64,000 bases of DNA from Candidatus Versatilivorator sp. (GTDB taxonomy: Bacteria > Acidobacteriota > Terriglobia > Versatilivoradales > Versatilivoraceae): positions 3,872,001 to 3,936,000 of the forward strand of contig OZ242296.1 of assembly GCA_965207735.1 (NCBI GenBank). The letters are read 5' to 3'. The notes below the pieces were generated by a model that did no database searches, had not been told where the DNA came from, and was given only the letters and a program-made list of their open reading frames with translations. Within the stretch, counting starts at the first letter, position 1, and every line of letters begins with the position of its first letter. Made by a program: the position numbers and the translations under genes. This document shows positions 30,677-41,145 of the stretch, one piece after another.

Positions 30677-31165
30677 ATGCATTCCGAAGATCAGAACCAA
30701 GAACAGGCGCGCACCCTTTGGGAAGAGGGAGTCAAACACCTGGTCAAGGGCCGCTTTCTGACGGCGGTCGGACTGTTCAACCGCAGCGTCGCCGCCCATC
30801 CAACCGCCGAAGGCTACACCTACCGGGGTTGGGCCGTATCTTTTCTGGGCATGCTGGACCAGGCCATCCGCGATTGCCACTTGGCGATTGCCGTCGATCC
30901 CGAATTCGGCAATCCCTACAACGACATCGGCGTCTACCTGATGCGCCAGGGTCAAATGGACGAGGCCGTCGACTGGCTGGAAAAAGCCAAGAAGGCCAAG
31001 CGGTACGACCCCAAGCACTTCCCCTACCTGAACCTGGGGCACATCTACCTGGCCAAGGGTGAGCAGATGAAGGCCCTGGACGAGTACATGCAGGCGCTGG
31101 AAATCGATCCCGAGAATGAGGTGGCCCTGAAAGCCATCGGCAACATGGATCTGACCGTCCACTAG
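30677..31165 (+). CDS. TPR-repeat protein
   Basis: PTAEGYTYRGW, DPEFGNPYNDIG, PYLNLG. Confidence 0.88.
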   Translation: MHSEDQNQEQARTLWEEGVKHLVKGRFLTAVGLFNRSVAAHPTAEGYTYRGWAVSFLGMLDQAIRDCHLAIAVDPEFGNPYNDIGVYLMRQGQMDEAVDWLEKAKKAKRYDPKHFPYLNLGHIYLAKGEQMKALDEYMQALEIDPENEVALKAIGNMDLTVH

Positions 31166-31228
31166 AACGTCTGTTCCTCAGATCGATAGACATAACAAGA
31201 AAGTTCTCCACGAAGGGGACACGAAGGC

Positions 31229-32353
31229 ATGATCAGCGTGGAAGAGCGCGAGACGAGATCCGTCCCGGCCGGCGAGGCGGCGCCCGCCAGGGTGCGGGAC
31301 AGCCGGCTGTTTCGCGTTCCTTTCGGCAACGGGGTGCGGGTCAGCTTTCCGGTGATCTTCGCGCCCATGGCGGGATTGTCGCACCTGGCCTTTCGCCAGC
31401 TGGTTCGAACCTACCTTCCGGCCAATGCCGGAACGCTGCTGTTTACGGAGATGCTATCCACGCGCATTCTGCCCGGCGAGGAGGTCGGCCGGACACCCAA
31501 GACCCGGGTGGCCGCGGGGGAGCGGGACCTGATTCCCCAGCTTCTGGGTAACGATGAGTGTTGGATCGCGCCTTCGCTCAGAAAATTGATGACCCTCTCG
31601 CCGGCCGGAATCGATATCAACATGGGCTGTCCGGTCAGCAAGGTCCTCAAGCACAACTGGGGAGTGGCCCTGATGGGCGACATCCGGTACGCGGAAGAAG
31701 TGGTGCGCACGACCCGGCGGCTTACCTCCCTGCCGCTCTCGGTGAAGATGAGGACCGGCCTCAAGGACGACCCCGAGTATCTGGTGGATTTTGCCAGAAT
31801 GCTGGAGCAGGCTGGGGCGGACTGGGTTACGCTCCATCCCCGAATTCAGTCTCAGCACCGGCGTGGCCAGGCCAACTGGGAGTACATCGGTAGGGTGCGG
31901 GATGCCGTGCGAATCCCGGTCATCGGGAATGGGGATGTCCAGCAGGCCTCGGATATTGTGCGCATGCTGCAGCAGACGGGTTGTGACGGCGTGATGGTGG
32001 CTCGGGCCGCTACCGCCAGGCCCTGGATTTTCTGGCGGGTGGCCGAACAGTTGGGGTTTGACCATCCCAGGGGAAGGGAGGGGCAGCAGGCTCCCCGGAC
32101 CGCGGAGGAGGAAGGCCGGGAATACCAGCGTGCCCTTTCGTTTTTCTGCGATCGGCTGGAAGCCGGGTTCGCGCCGGCCGAGCAATTGCCTCGCCTGCGG
32201 CTGTTTCTGGCTTGGGGACACAAGTGGGTCCATTTCGGGCATTACCTTTCCACCCAGGTGAACCGCTGCCGCGACCTGAAGTCGGCGCGCCGGGTGATTG
32301 ACGATTTTTTTGACACCCCCAAGCCGATGAAAGGCCGCACTCGACTCCAGTAG
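31229..32353 (+). CDS. tRNA-dihydrouridine synthase family protein
   Basis: FAPMAG, IDINMGCP, TLHPR, IGNGDV, GVMVAR. Confidence 0.92.
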   Translation: MISVEERETRSVPAGEAAPARVRDSRLFRVPFGNGVRVSFPVIFAPMAGLSHLAFRQLVRTYLPANAGTLLFTEMLSTRILPGEEVGRTPKTRVAAGERDLIPQLLGNDECWIAPSLRKLMTLSPAGIDINMGCPVSKVLKHNWGVALMGDIRYAEEVVRTTRRLTSLPLSVKMRTGLKDDPEYLVDFARMLEQAGADWVTLHPRIQSQHRRGQANWEYIGRVRDAVRIPVIGNGDVQQASDIVRMLQQTGCDGVMVARAATARPWIFWRVAEQLGFDHPRGREGQQAPRTAEEEGREYQRALSFFCDRLEAGFAPAEQLPRLRLFLAWGHKWVHFGHYLSTQVNRCRDLKSARRVIDDFFDTPKPMKGRTRLQ

Positions 32354-32374
32354 CCCTTCGGCGGCCGTTCCTCA

Positions 32375-32549
32375 GGCCAAGGGCGGCCCCGGCCCTGGTG
32401 GACGGATCGTTTGAGGATGAAATAGTCGGGAATCGACAATCCGTTCGTGACCTTGGTATCCCTTCGCGGTTGACCTCAACGCCTTGGTGGCCCTTCGTTG
32501 ATCTTCGTGTCTCTTCGTGGATTACTCTTTTTCTCTTGTTTCGAATAGG
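32375..32549 (+). repeat. IS110-end cassette (type A), diverged solitary copy
   Basis: GGCCAAG..CGGATCGTTTGAGGATGAAATAG..GACCTTGGTATCCC..TTGTTTC. Confidence 0.8.
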
Positions 32550-32557
32550 GCAGGACC

Positions 32558-33289
32558 ATGTTGAGGGAGATACGGACAGCCGTGGCGCTGCTGAAATGGC
32601 GCAAGGTCGGGGTCAGGCTCGGTGATTGTCCCTTGTGCGGCCGGACGGGGTTTATCAAGCTGGATGACTACGAGATGGCCGTCCGCTGTCTCAGGTGCCG
32701 CTCCAGCGCGGCCACTCTCAGCTTTGTGAGCGTGCTGAAGGGCGTCCTCCCCGACCTGTCCCGCCGGCATGTGTACGAGTTGTCCTCAAGAGGCCCCCTG
32801 GTGGGCTATCTTCGCGGGCGTGCCGGCAAGCTGACGCTTTCGGAGTATTTCGATGACGTGCCGCCCGGGCAATACAAGGCAGGGGTTCAATGTCAGGATG
32901 TGCAACAACTGACCTATCCCGACGGCTGCTTCGACGTCTGCACCTCGACCGAAGTCTTCGAGCACGTTCCCTGCGACCTGGAGGGCTTTCGAGAGCTGCA
33001 CCGGGTGCTCAGGCCGGACGGGGTCCTCCTGTTCACCGTTCCCATGGACGGCGGTGAGAAGACGGTGGAGAGAGTCCGGCTGGTCAATGGTGGGCTGGAG
33101 CACCTGCTGCCACCGGAATATCATGGGGACCGCATTCGGGGTTCCGGGGCCGTTCTCTGCTTTCGCAACTATGGGACCGATATTCTGGATCGGCTGGGCG
33201 CGGCCGGCTTCAGCCGGCGTCGGCTGGTCCGGGGCGAGGATGTGACCGGCTGGGGTTTCGATCGACAGGTCGTGGTGGCTCGCAAGTAG
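32558..33289 (+). CDS. class I SAM-dependent methyltransferase
   Basis: QDVQQLTYPDGCFDV..EVFEHV..ELHRVLRPDG; N-terminal CxxC pairs. Confidence 0.88.
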   Translation: MLREIRTAVALLKWRKVGVRLGDCPLCGRTGFIKLDDYEMAVRCLRCRSSAATLSFVSVLKGVLPDLSRRHVYELSSRGPLVGYLRGRAGKLTLSEYFDDVPPGQYKAGVQCQDVQQLTYPDGCFDVCTSTEVFEHVPCDLEGFRELHRVLRPDGVLLFTVPMDGGEKTVERVRLVNGGLEHLLPPEYHGDRIRGSGAVLCFRNYGTDILDRLGAAGFSRRRLVRGEDVTGWGFDRQVVVARK

Positions 33290-33342
33290 GCAGCCGGTAT
33301 GACCGAGAAGCCCCAATTTCTTTAATCCCGAGGGTCGCCTGA

Positions 33343-34572
33343 GTGGCCGTTTCCGCCGGCATGCAATGGTTCAAGAGCCATCTTGACCCCATCGTCTTCG
33401 GATTGACGACCCTGGCGGTCGCCTTGCCGGTGATCAGCATTGCGGTATCTCAGATCTTCCTGGGGCTGGCCATTCTGGGCTTCCTGCTGGACTGCCTCCT
33501 GAATCGCCGCAAGCGCGTCCATTTCCCTCCCATCAAACTGCCCCTGCTGCTCTTTGTCGGGACCACCATGGCGTCCTGGGCAGTCTCCCCTGAACCCGAA
33601 ATCGGCTTGCCTCCCATTTACAAGTTCTGGCTGTTTGCCATCCTCTTGCTGGTGGCCAATTATTTCTCCGGAACCAGGGCGCGCCTGGCCTTCCATGCAC
33701 TGTTCGCCACGGGTCTGGTGGCGGCCGGTTTTGCGCTGGCTCAATACGTGGCGCCTTCCCTGGGGAGTGTCCACGGCCGGTTGACCGGCTTCATGGGCCA
33801 TTGGATGACCTTGAGCGGGGGCCTGATGCTGGTGTTCCTGGCCATGCTCGGCTACCTGCTCTTCTCCGCCCCCAGGCGCCGAACGCTCTGGATGCTGGCC
33901 GTCTGCTTCCTGGGTGTGACCCTGCTGCTGACCCTGACCCGAAGTGTCTGGATCGCCAGTCTGGCCGGACTGCTGGTGGCCGCCTGGCTGAGGTTCCCCA
34001 CTCTGAAAACGGTGCTCGTCAGCAGCGCCGGCATCCTGATACTGGTGGTGTGCCTGCCCGATTCCCTTCAGCAGCGGCTGGCCAGCATCTGGGACCCGGC
34101 GCACCCGTCCAACGCCGCCCGCCTGGAGATCTGGAAGACGGGTGCGCAGATGGTGCAGGCCAACCCCTGGTTCGGGGTGGGTCCCCAGCGAGTCTCCGAA
34201 GTCTTCTTCGACTATCATCCCGACCCGGGAGCCCGTCACCGCGGGGGCTTCTTCTGGATCCACATGCACAACAACCTGCTTCAGTTCGCGGCCGAGCGAG
34301 GCGTTCCTTGTGCCCTTGCCTGGCTCTGGCTCATCCTCCGCATGGGGTGGGACCACTGGCGAGGCTTCAGGCGGGCCAGTCTTCCGTCCCTGGAAAAATC
34401 CGTTTATGCCGGGGGATTGCTCGGCCTGCTGGGGCTCTTCCTGGCCGGGCTGTTCGAGTTCAATTTCGGAGACTCCGAAGTATTGATGGTCTTTCTGTTC
34501 CTGGTGTCGGCCCCCTATGCCTTGGGCTCAACCACGCGGGACGCGCTCGGGGACCCCGAACCGGCCGTGTGA
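33343..34572 (+). CDS. O-antigen ligase (Wzy_C) family membrane protein
   Basis: Multi-TM; LTRSVW, RLEIW, PWFGVG, HMHNNLLQ. Confidence 0.9.
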   Translation: MAVSAGMQWFKSHLDPIVFGLTTLAVALPVISIAVSQIFLGLAILGFLLDCLLNRRKRVHFPPIKLPLLLFVGTTMASWAVSPEPEIGLPPIYKFWLFAILLLVANYFSGTRARLAFHALFATGLVAAGFALAQYVAPSLGSVHGRLTGFMGHWMTLSGGLMLVFLAMLGYLLFSAPRRRTLWMLAVCFLGVTLLLTLTRSVWIASLAGLLVAAWLRFPTLKTVLVSSAGILILVVCLPDSLQQRLASIWDPAHPSNAARLEIWKTGAQMVQANPWFGVGPQRVSEVFFDYHPDPGARHRGGFFWIHMHNNLLQFAAERGVPCALAWLWLILRMGWDHWRGFRRASLPSLEKSVYAGGLLGLLGLFLAGLFEFNFGDSEVLMVFLFLVSAPYALGSTTRDALGDPEPAV

Positions 34573-34575
34573 AAA

Positions 34576-34691
34576 GGGGACGTTGTTGAATTACTGGAAT
34601 TACTTGTAGAGAGCGCATAGGAGACGTCATTGAATCAAAGCAATTCAGCAGCAGCTGATTGAAGTAATTCCAGTAATTCAACAACGTCCCC
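34576..34691. repeat. 116-bp element with perfect 30-bp inverted repeats
   Basis: GGGGACGTTGTTGAATTACTGGAATTACTT and its exact reverse complement at 34662-34691. Confidence 0.9.
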
Positions 34692-34913
34692 AGCGCTGTG
34701 CGCGAAGCGCACCGGCTTGCAGAGGAGTCGGGGCGCGCCTCGTCGGACAAGGAGGTCCATTTCTCTTAGTGTTCCTTGGAGCGAGTGCTACTGTACAATA
34801 CGGTGGCGCCCACTGAAGACAAGCCGGTATCTTTTCTCTCCTCGGGCGGCGGCGGAGAGGGAAGAGCGACAGGCTCCCCGTTCGTGGGTCAGGACTGAAC
34901 CCCGGAACCAGCC

Positions 34914-36086
34914 ATGGCTGAGATCACCATGCCGAAACTCAGTGACACCATGGAAGACGGCGTGGTGTTGCGTTGGCTCAAGAGTATCGGAGAGACGGTG
35001 GCCAAGGGAGAGGTGGTGGCGGAGATCGAGACCGACAAGGCCACAATGGAGATGGAGTCCCGGGAGGACGGCGTTCTGTCGGAAATTTACGTTGAGGAGG
35101 GCCAAAGGGCTTCCGTCGGTCAACCTATGGCTGCAATCGATGCCGGAGGCCAGTCGTCGCGATCGGCTGAGGTAGCCGCGGAAGTTGCGTCTCCCGAGAT
35201 ACCCGCGAGGACCACCGGCGGAGCGGCTCCCTCAGGGAGGGTCAAGGCCTCGCCCCGGGCTCGAAAAGCCGCCGAGGAGATGAATCTGGACTTGGCCGGC
35301 GTGGAGGGTTCCGGACCCTCGGGCCGCGTTCTCTATCGAGACGTTCTGGCTGCCGGCAGCGCCGGAGCATCCTCGGACCACCCCCCCGCGGCCGGAAGCC
35401 ACCGGGTTCCGCTGAGTTCCATGCGGCAGCTCATCGCTGAACGCATGGTGGAGAGTAAGACCCGGATTCCCCATTTCTATCTGCAGGTGGAGATCGATGC
35501 CGAACCCCTGCTGGAGTTGCAGGGCCAGGTCAACTCCGCCTTGGAGGAGTGGGGCGGAAGCAGGCTGAGCCTCAATGACATGGTGTTGAAGGCGGCGGCC
35601 GTGGCCCTGACCCGGGTGCCTCAGCTCAATGCTTCCTTCACGCCGGAGGGCATTGTTCGCCATGATCAGGTGGACCTGGAGTTTGCGGTCAGCCTGGAGG
35701 AGGGGTTGTTGACGCCGGTGATCCGAAGCGCCGAATCCAAGAGCCTGCGACAGATCAGCCGGGAGGCGAAGGATCTGATTGAAAGAGCGCGCAGTCAGCG
35801 GTTGAACCCCGATGAGTATCGCGGCGGCACCTTTACCGTTTCCAACCTGGGCGCCCGGGGCATTGACAGCTTCCAGGCCATCATCGATCCCCCCCAGGCA
35901 GCCATTCTGGGAGTGGGCGCCATCGTCAAGAAGCCGGTGGTCGACAAGGACGATCGCATTCGGCCGGGTCATCGGCTCAACCTGACCTTGAGTTGCGATC
36001 ACCGGGTGGTCGACGGCGCCGTGGCGGCCGAATTTCTTGGCCGGATTCGGAGGCTGCTCCAGCAACCGGCGTTGCTGCTGTTGTAG
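34914..36086 (+). CDS. pdhC: dihydrolipoamide acetyltransferase (E2)
   Basis: Lipoyl ETDKATME, E3-binding GSGPSGR, DHRVVDG. Confidence 0.92.
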   Translation: MAEITMPKLSDTMEDGVVLRWLKSIGETVAKGEVVAEIETDKATMEMESREDGVLSEIYVEEGQRASVGQPMAAIDAGGQSSRSAEVAAEVASPEIPARTTGGAAPSGRVKASPRARKAAEEMNLDLAGVEGSGPSGRVLYRDVLAAGSAGASSDHPPAAGSHRVPLSSMRQLIAERMVESKTRIPHFYLQVEIDAEPLLELQGQVNSALEEWGGSRLSLNDMVLKAAAVALTRVPQLNASFTPEGIVRHDQVDLEFAVSLEEGLLTPVIRSAESKSLRQISREAKDLIERARSQRLNPDEYRGGTFTVSNLGARGIDSFQAIIDPPQAAILGVGAIVKKPVVDKDDRIRPGHRLNLTLSCDHRVVDGAVAAEFLGRIRRLLQQPALLLL

Positions 36087-36229
36087 CCCGCGGTCGAGCC
36101 GCCCGGCCAAGACCTCCGTGGCGGGAGCCGCCCCCGCGGGCAATTGCGATCGGGTCCGGCTAAAGTTCCCGGAGTGTCTTCCCTCAACCGAAGCCATCCA
36201 TAGGGTTCATCGATCTCGAGAGACTCACG

Positions 36230-37609
36230 ATGCCTGAGAGCTACGACCTGGTGGTGATTGGAGGTGGCCCCGCGGGATACGTGGGCGCCATTCGGGCGGC
36301 GCAGTTGGGCAAGAGGGTGGCTTGCGTCGAGATGGACCGGGCCGGGGGGACCTGCCTGAACTGGGGATGCATTCCCAGCAAGTCGCTGCTGCGGAACGCC
36401 GAGCTCTATCGGCTTCTGAAAAACCGGGCCGGGGACTTTGGCCTGAAGTTCGAGGGATTGTCCTTCGAGTGGTCCGGGATCATGGGAAGAAGCCGAAAGG
36501 TGGCCGATCAGCTTGCCGGAGGCGTCGCTTTCCTGTTCCGGAAAAACCGGGTCGACTACCTGGTGGGCAAGGCAGAGCTGGCCGAGCCGGGTCTGGTCAC
36601 CGCGGAACTCTCCGACGGCTCCAGGCGTCGCCTGGAGGCTGCTTGCGTCCTGGTCAGCACCGGGGTTCGCCCCCGCTCCCTGCCGGGTCTGCCCTTCGAT
36701 GGAAAGAGGGTCATCGGAAGCAAGGAGGCCTTGGCGTTGAACGCGCCTCCGGCATCCATGGTGATCATTGGGGCCGGGGCCATCGGGGTGGAGTTCGCTT
36801 ACTTCTACAACGCCTTCGGCACCCGTGTCACCTTGCTGGAAATGATGCCGCGTGTGCTTCCGGTCGAAGACGAGGAAGTGTCCCTAGCCCTGGCCCGGTC
36901 CTTCAGCCGGCAGGGCATCGAGGTTCACACCTCCACCCGGGTGGAAGAGGGGGTGGCGACTCAATACGGTGTTCAGGTGAGCTTCGGTGGTGAAACTACC
37001 GGCAGAGTGGAGGCTGAGGCGGTACTGGTGGCCGTGGGGGTGGATGCGCTTCTGCCACCCGGGCTGGAACTCGAAACCGATCGGGGCTATATCAAGGTGG
37101 ATCGCAACTATCGGACCTCGGTAGAGGGCGTCTATGCCGCCGGGGATGTGATTGGGCCGCCCTGGTTGGCTCATGTGGCCAGCTACCAGGCCGTTCAGGC
37201 CGTCGAGGGTCTTTTCGGGAAAGGGAAGCCCAGGCCGCTCCCCCATTATCCGAGCTGCACCTACTGCAACCCTCAGGTCGCCAGCGTCGGGCTCACCGAA
37301 CGGGCCGCCAGGGAATCGGGCCAGTCCTACCGCGTCGGCCGATACCCCTTCAGGGCCAATGGCAAGGCCCTGGCGGTTGGGGAGAGCGAGGGGTTTGTGA
37401 AGCTGATTTTCGGCAAAGCTGACGGGGAACTATTGGGGGCTCACCTGATCGGCTCCGAGGCCACCGAGCTGATCGGACAGCTTGGGTTGGCCATGACGCT
37501 GGGAGCCACCTTCGAAGACCTCGAGGCCACCATCCAGGCCCATCCCACGCTGGGTGAAGCCGTTCATGAAGCCGGCGCGGCCGCCTTTGGCCGGGCTATC
37601 CACCTCTGA
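36230..37609 (+). CDS. lpdA: dihydrolipoyl dehydrogenase
   Basis: GGTCLNWGCIPSK, GAGAIG, HPTLGE. Confidence 0.96.
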   Translation: MPESYDLVVIGGGPAGYVGAIRAAQLGKRVACVEMDRAGGTCLNWGCIPSKSLLRNAELYRLLKNRAGDFGLKFEGLSFEWSGIMGRSRKVADQLAGGVAFLFRKNRVDYLVGKAELAEPGLVTAELSDGSRRRLEAACVLVSTGVRPRSLPGLPFDGKRVIGSKEALALNAPPASMVIIGAGAIGVEFAYFYNAFGTRVTLLEMMPRVLPVEDEEVSLALARSFSRQGIEVHTSTRVEEGVATQYGVQVSFGGETTGRVEAEAVLVAVGVDALLPPGLELETDRGYIKVDRNYRTSVEGVYAAGDVIGPPWLAHVASYQAVQAVEGLFGKGKPRPLPHYPSCTYCNPQVASVGLTERAARESGQSYRVGRYPFRANGKALAVGESEGFVKLIFGKADGELLGAHLIGSEATELIGQLGLAMTLGATFEDLEATIQAHPTLGEAVHEAGAAAFGRAIHL

Positions 37610-37639
37610 CAATTGCAGTTCCAAACGAGGTCTCCATCC

Positions 37640-39055
37640 GTGAGCCATCCTCTTCCTGAGTACTTTCGCCCCCTGGGGGATACCGATATCCGGTGTCATC
37701 CTCTGGGATTCGGCTGCTATCGCATCGCCGAGGGGGTCGCAGAACACGAAGCCGCGCTTCGGGAGTACCTGGGGCGGGGAGGGAACCTGATCGACACCAG
37801 CGCCAACTACACCGACGGCCGGTCGGAATCGCTGGTGGGCAAGGTTCTTTCCGGGAACGGGGCTTCCGGGGCGGTGGTGGTCACCAAGGCCGGCTACATT
37901 CAGGGTCAGAACATGACCCTGGCCCAACAGCACTCCTTCCCGGAGGTGGTGGAGTACGGCGAGGGGATCTGGCACTGCATCCACCCCCGGTTCCTGGAGA
38001 CCCAGCTCAGGGCTTCCTGCCGGCGTCTGAAGCGGGATCGGGTGGACGTGTTTCTGCTGCACAATCCGGAATACTTTCTCAGCCACCAGGCCCACGACCA
38101 CACGCCGACACCTCAGGACCACCAGGAGTTCTACCGCCGCATCGGACAGGCCTTCGATTATCTCGAGGACCAGGCCAGGGAGGGTCGCATAGGCTGGTAC
38201 GGAATCAGTTCCAACCACTACGGCCTGTCCGCCGCGGATCCAACCATGACCAGCGTCCAGCGGTGCCTCCGCCAGGCGGAAGGGATTTCCTCCGGCCATC
38301 GCTTCCGAGTGGTCCAGCTACCGCTCAACCCCTACGAGAGCGGCGGTGCCCTGGAGCCTAACAACGACGGCCTGACCGCCCTCGAATTCTGCCGGCGGGA
38401 AGGACTGGGGGTGCTCATCAATCGCCCCCTCAACGCCTTCTCCGAGAACCGGATGTTTCGGCTTTCCGATTTCCCCGGGCAGGGTCAGGCGGCGGGCGGC
38501 CCGAAGGGTCTCGAACTGCTGGTCGGCCCGTTGCGCCAGTTGGAGCAGTCGTTGGCCGACCGACTGAAGGTTCCCTTGCTTGGCGGCCCCGACTATGGCG
38601 TGGCCGGATTGATCCTCCGGATCGCTCCCCAGGTGCGCGCCGCCTCAGACTGGGACTGGGTGGTGGAGAGATATGTGGCTCCTCCCCTTCAGCAGTGGAT
38701 CCAGGATTGCCAAAAAGCTTGTCAGGGCGAGGCCTTTTGGGAAGAGTGGCGGGAGCGGTACTTTCAGGCCATTCGAACCCTACTGGAAGATCTGGAGCAC
38801 TTTACGCTGTCTCAGCAGCAGGAAGAGTCCGACCGGGTCCGGAGCCTGCTGGAGGCGTGCGGGTATCCGAGGACCCGGGCTTCGCTGAGTCAGATAGCCA
38901 TGAGCCTCCTGCTGAATCTCGAGGGGGTCTCCTGCGTCCTCAATGGAATGCGGCGGGTAACCTATGTGCAGGATGCGATGGGGGCCGTTGGACTGCCTCC
39001 GGTGGACGCTCTCTCCATTCTGCAGGAGTTCTCACGGAAGGGGTTGGCGAAGTAA
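37640..39055 (+). CDS. aldo/keto reductase family protein
   Basis: LGFGCYR, NLIDTSANYTDG, LLHNPE. Confidence 0.88.
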   Translation: MSHPLPEYFRPLGDTDIRCHPLGFGCYRIAEGVAEHEAALREYLGRGGNLIDTSANYTDGRSESLVGKVLSGNGASGAVVVTKAGYIQGQNMTLAQQHSFPEVVEYGEGIWHCIHPRFLETQLRASCRRLKRDRVDVFLLHNPEYFLSHQAHDHTPTPQDHQEFYRRIGQAFDYLEDQAREGRIGWYGISSNHYGLSAADPTMTSVQRCLRQAEGISSGHRFRVVQLPLNPYESGGALEPNNDGLTALEFCRREGLGVLINRPLNAFSENRMFRLSDFPGQGQAAGGPKGLELLVGPLRQLEQSLADRLKVPLLGGPDYGVAGLILRIAPQVRAASDWDWVVERYVAPPLQQWIQDCQKACQGEAFWEEWRERYFQAIRTLLEDLEHFTLSQQQEESDRVRSLLEACGYPRTRASLSQIAMSLLLNLEGVSCVLNGMRRVTYVQDAMGAVGLPPVDALSILQEFSRKGLAK

Positions 39056-39069
39056 GCCGAGGTGTGACC

Positions 39070-41061
39070 ATGATTTGTGGGATTCAAGCCACTACCGCCA
39101 TGCTGTTGCAGAGCCCTCTTTCAATCCTGGCGCGGCACGGATTCAGGTCTGGACGGCTGCCATTGGCGGCGGCGCTCCTGCTCCCGGCCGCGAACGGCCT
39201 CTGCCAGAATCCGCCCCCGGCCCAATCTCCCTCCCTTCAGCCCGATCCGATCGTGGTCACGGTCTCGGCCAAGGCCATTCCGCTCTCGGCCAGTTCGGCC
39301 TCGGTGACCATCCTCACCAGAGAGTTCGTGGAAAACAGCCGGGCCGAAAGCATGGCCGACCTGCTGCGCCAGGTCCCGTTTCTCTATCTGTCTCAGACCG
39401 GGGGGCGGGGCGGGTTGACGACGATTTCCCTGCGGGGAGGCGAAGCCAACTTCACCCTGGTCATGATCGACGGGGTTCCGGTGAACGATCCCACCAACCT
39501 GCTCGGGGGCGCGGTCGACTTCTCAACCCTGAGCACGGACAACGTCGAGCAAATCGAGATCGTTCGTGGGCCGATATCCTCTCTGTACGGGTCGGAGGGG
39601 ATCGGCGGAGTCATCAACATCCTTACCCGAGGCGGAGGGGACGTTCCCCACTTCTCCGTGGAAGGGGCGCTGGGCAATTTCGGCTCCGGTCGAGCCGGAT
39701 TTCAGTCCGGAGGCAAGTTGGGTGGGATCGACTGGTCCCTGTCCGGATCCTACTTCGACATCGACGAGCAGATCGAAAACGATGACTTTTCGGTGGGGAC
39801 GTTCTCATTCAAGTCGGCGCTTCCCTTGGGAGACGGCAAGGCGCTGCAGTTCGCCACCCGCTACCAGGACAGCCGCTCCAAGGGATTCCCGGAAAACGGC
39901 GGCGGCCCCGGGTTCTCCATCCTGCGGGATCCCAAGGTTGCCGACGTCGAGCAACTGACCCTGCGAATGGGGTACCAGCAGCAGGTCTCCCCGGGGTGGC
40001 TCTACGGCTTCGACTTCGACCTGTTCTCCCGCCAACAGGACGATACGGCTCCAGCGGTCCTGGACGGATTGCCCCCATCCCCCCGTGCCCTTCCCCCGCT
40101 GAGCAGCCAAACCGGTTTCCACCGGTTGCGGGTGGGTTTCACGACTCAACTGGACCTGACTCCGGAACTGTCGCTCAACCTGGGGGCCCGGGTCAGAAAC
40201 GAAGATGGGTCCAACGACACTCTGATTGCCGGCATTTTCCCCAGTGTCTTCGACCTGGAGCGCCAAACTCTGGCCGGCACCGGAGAAATCCTCTATCGAG
40301 CCGGCCGGCTCACCCTGAGCTTCGGCGGCCGGGTGGACGGCGCCGAAGGCTTCGACGCCGTGTTCTCTCCCAGAGCAGGCGCGGTGGTTTCCCTGGGAGA
40401 GCGGACCCGCTTGAAAACCAGCTGGGGAGACGGGTTCAAGTTGCCCTCCTTCTACGCCCTGGCGGAACCGAATATCGGCAATCCCGAGCTTCAGCCGGAG
40501 AGGAGCCGCGGTTTTGACCTCGGCTTCGAGCACACTCTGCAGGTGTCTCGATTGCATCTGTCCGGAGCCGTCTTCCACAACTCGTTCAGAGACCTGGTCG
40601 ACTTCAGTCCCCAGTTGTTCCAGCTCGTCAACCGAAGCCGGGCCACCACCCGAGGAGTGGAATTCGGAGCCGCCCTGCCACTGAATGGAAAGGGGCGGTT
40701 GGGAGGCCACCTGCAGTTCCTGGACTGGGAGTTGCAAGGAACCACTGAACCTCTGAGGGACCGCCCTCGCTGGAGGGGAGGCTCCTATGTGGACTGGGAA
40801 CTCCACCCCCGAGCTCGCTTGCGATGGGATATCCTCTGGGTGGGCGAGCGCTTCGATTTCCAGCTTCCCATTCCGGACATGGAAACCGTGGGGGGGTACT
40901 CCACCTCCAGCGTGGTTTTCGGCTACCAGCTTCCCCACGGACTGGAGGCTTTCGGGCGGGTCGACAACGTCTTCGACAGCAGCTACCACGAGTTCATAGG
41001 ATTCCCGCATCCGGGCATTTACGCCCGGGCCGGACTTCGCCTCCGGGTGCTCGGCCGATGA
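39070..41061 (+). CDS. TonB-dependent receptor (BtuB-like)
   Basis: Plug motifs LRGGEANFTLVMIDG and IEIVRGPISSLYG; GNPELQPE; start uncertain. Confidence 0.9.
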   Translation: MICGIQATTAMLLQSPLSILARHGFRSGRLPLAAALLLPAANGLCQNPPPAQSPSLQPDPIVVTVSAKAIPLSASSASVTILTREFVENSRAESMADLLRQVPFLYLSQTGGRGGLTTISLRGGEANFTLVMIDGVPVNDPTNLLGGAVDFSTLSTDNVEQIEIVRGPISSLYGSEGIGGVINILTRGGGDVPHFSVEGALGNFGSGRAGFQSGGKLGGIDWSLSGSYFDIDEQIENDDFSVGTFSFKSALPLGDGKALQFATRYQDSRSKGFPENGGGPGFSILRDPKVADVEQLTLRMGYQQQVSPGWLYGFDFDLFSRQQDDTAPAVLDGLPPSPRALPPLSSQTGFHRLRVGFTTQLDLTPELSLNLGARVRNEDGSNDTLIAGIFPSVFDLERQTLAGTGEILYRAGRLTLSFGGRVDGAEGFDAVFSPRAGAVVSLGERTRLKTSWGDGFKLPSFYALAEPNIGNPELQPERSRGFDLGFEHTLQVSRLHLSGAVFHNSFRDLVDFSPQLFQLVNRSRATTRGVEFGAALPLNGKGRLGGHLQFLDWELQGTTEPLRDRPRWRGGSYVDWELHPRARLRWDILWVGERFDFQLPIPDMETVGGYSTSSVVFGYQLPHGLEAFGRVDNVFDSSYHEFIGFPHPGIYARAGLRLRVLGR

Positions 41062-41085
41062 TGCTCGGATTCCTATTGATGGAGA

Positions 41086-41145
41086 GAGCCTTTTGCAAAA
41101 AATCCGCAAGTAGGGGCGCTGAGCGACGAATCTTGCAAAAGGCTC
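41086..41145. mobile_element. 60-bp mini-MITE with GAGCCTTTTGCAA TIRs
   Basis: Same ends as 28138-28648. Confidence 0.75.
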
